Below, piece after piece: positions 62,992 to 64,000 of a stretch of DNA of 64,000 nucleotides. Position 1 is the first letter of the stretch, and every line of letters starts with the position of its first letter. The translations under genes and the position numbers were made by a program. The notes beneath the pieces were generated by a model. The model was given only the letters and a program-made list of their open reading frames with translations, did no database searches and was not told the DNA's origin. Source of the stretch: Alphaproteobacteria bacterium (GTDB lineage: Bacteria > Pseudomonadota > Alphaproteobacteria > Micavibrionales > UBA2020); NCBI GenBank assembly GCA_041287865.1, contig JBGGMV010000037.1, positions 4,614-68,613 of the forward strand. Direction: 5' to 3'.

Positions 62992-63813
62992 TTAAATCTC
63001 GTAATCCGGATTAAACGGCGGCGCGGCCGGTGGCGGCGGCGGTGTTTGCGTGTTCGTCGGCTTCAGCGTCAGGCGCTGCGGCGGCGCGTTTTGCTTCAGC
63101 GTGTCGCGGCGCGCTTCGGCCAGTGCCGCGGCGAAGTCGAATTTCTTCTTGAGCCGTGCCGGCACGTCTTCCCAGAGCTTTTCCATGTCTTCGGTCTTGC
63201 CGGTCCAGCTCTTGGGGTTGAAGATATCCTTGAGGTTATCTTCGCGGAAGGTGATCTTGGGCGCTGCGGGCGCGGCAGTAGCGCCGCCTTCGGCTGCATC
63301 CGACATCGCGCCGAAGCTCTGGGGCGACGCGGGTTTTTTCGCGGCGGCCTTTTTCGGCGCGGCTTTTTTCTTTTTCGGCTTCACATCGTCGTCATCGTCG
63401 AAGCCGAAATCATCGTCATCCCAGCCACCGCCGCCGCGCGTGGCGCGTTTCGAGGTTCCGCCGCCTCTGCGGCTGCTGCCGTGCATCCAGTCGTCATCAT
63501 CATCCCACGATGGCGTGGAGGGCGAGACGCCTTCGTCTTCCAGGTATTTCGCAATTTTCACGTAGCCGTAGCTGTTCGCAGCGTCGAGCGCGTTGTTGCC
63601 GGTGTAATTCGTGCGGTGCGGATCCGCGCCGCCGTCGATGAGCGCCTTCACGATGGGCAGGTGGCCCTGACGCGCGGCCGCGAGCAGCGGCGTATCGCCG
63701 TAAGTGTCGTCGAAATCGGGATCGACGCCTTTTTTCAGGAGCGCCTTCACGCGGCGCGTGTTGCCATCAAAGATGGCATCCATCAGCGATTCCTGGTCTT
63801 TGGTCAATTTCAT
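62992..63813 (-). CDS. Ankyrin-repeat protein 6 (273 aa) with charged low-complexity C-terminal half
   Basis: N-terminal ANK units (YGDTPLLAAARQGHLPIVKALIDGGADP). These are followed by DDDDDW..GGGGWDDDDFGFDDDDD and KPKKKKAAPKKAAAKKP tracts and a Pro-rich end. Confidence 0.85.
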   Translation of the reverse strand: MKLTKDQESLMDAIFDGNTRRVKALLKKGVDPDFDDTYGDTPLLAAARQGHLPIVKALIDGGADPHRTNYTGNNALDAANSYGYVKIAKYLEDEGVSPSTPSWDDDDDWMHGSSRRGGGTSKRATRGGGGWDDDDFGFDDDDDVKPKKKKAAPKKAAAKKPASPQSFGAMSDAAEGGATAAPAAPKITFREDNLKDIFNPKSWTGKTEDMEKLWEDVPARLKKKFDFAAALAEARRDTLKQNAPPQRLTLKPTNTQTPPPPPAAPPFNPDYEI

Positions 63814-64000
63814 GACTCCAAGCCTGCCAACGATTCTAGATATTGAACATAAAGGTTTATGCTAGAGGGCGCGCACAGCTTTGGCAATCCGTCCCGCGAA
63901 ATATAGTTAAGACATTGATATTATATAACTTTATTACCGGCACCGCCTTTATCCTCCTTTAACACATTTGTCGTAAAATATAGGCAGTTTCAAAGGGGTG

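Noticed and set aside
1-64000. Search for tRNA, rRNA, CRISPR arrays, IS elements or transposases, integrases and prophage genes
   Set aside because: Reading all intergenic regions larger than 50 nt and the ORF translations, I found no cloverleaf-like T-arm or anticodon patterns, no regularly spaced direct repeats and no transposase- or integrase-like ORFs. A tRNAscan, Infernal or ISfinder run would be needed to be certain.

Overview
GC-rich chromosomal window with alphaproteobacterial gene content and order: rne, ahcY, a truncated-hprK/rapZ/EIIA(Man)/HPr/EI operon, folC-accD, pyrF, NDUFA12-mlaD-DUF2155, aat, ihfB, ubiH-family, pyrE, rpmI-rplT, radA-cvpA and yfgM-bamB-der. I count about 65 protein-coding genes. 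I found no rRNA, tRNA or CRISPR array by eye. Accessory loci sit between the housekeeping genes and suggest a host-associated lifestyle. (1) Six ankyrin-repeat genes, four of them in one translationally coupled operon (14923-18897). (2) A 1592-aa multidomain effector-like giant (57471-62249) bracketed by two of the ankyrin genes, with a Cys-His-Asp protease-like segment and a PP2C-like segment whose motif order looks permuted. (3) An intact class II ribonucleotide-reductase homologue that seems to have lost every catalytic motif (18881-21436). (4) A FecR-like secreted protein coupled to two paralogous polytopic membrane proteins that share four His motifs (30412-33639). (5) Two tandem membrane-anchored HExxHxxQ proteins (36227-37691). 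(6) A paralogue pair of internally duplicated proteins that look like degenerate SpoT-type HD domains, flanking a small ORF (40648-43711). (7) An AT-rich one-gene cassette bounded by about 55-nt inverted hairpin repeats, between a CDF transporter gene and der (52555-53235). All family assignments come from motif recognition by eye and memory. No searches or alignments were run.
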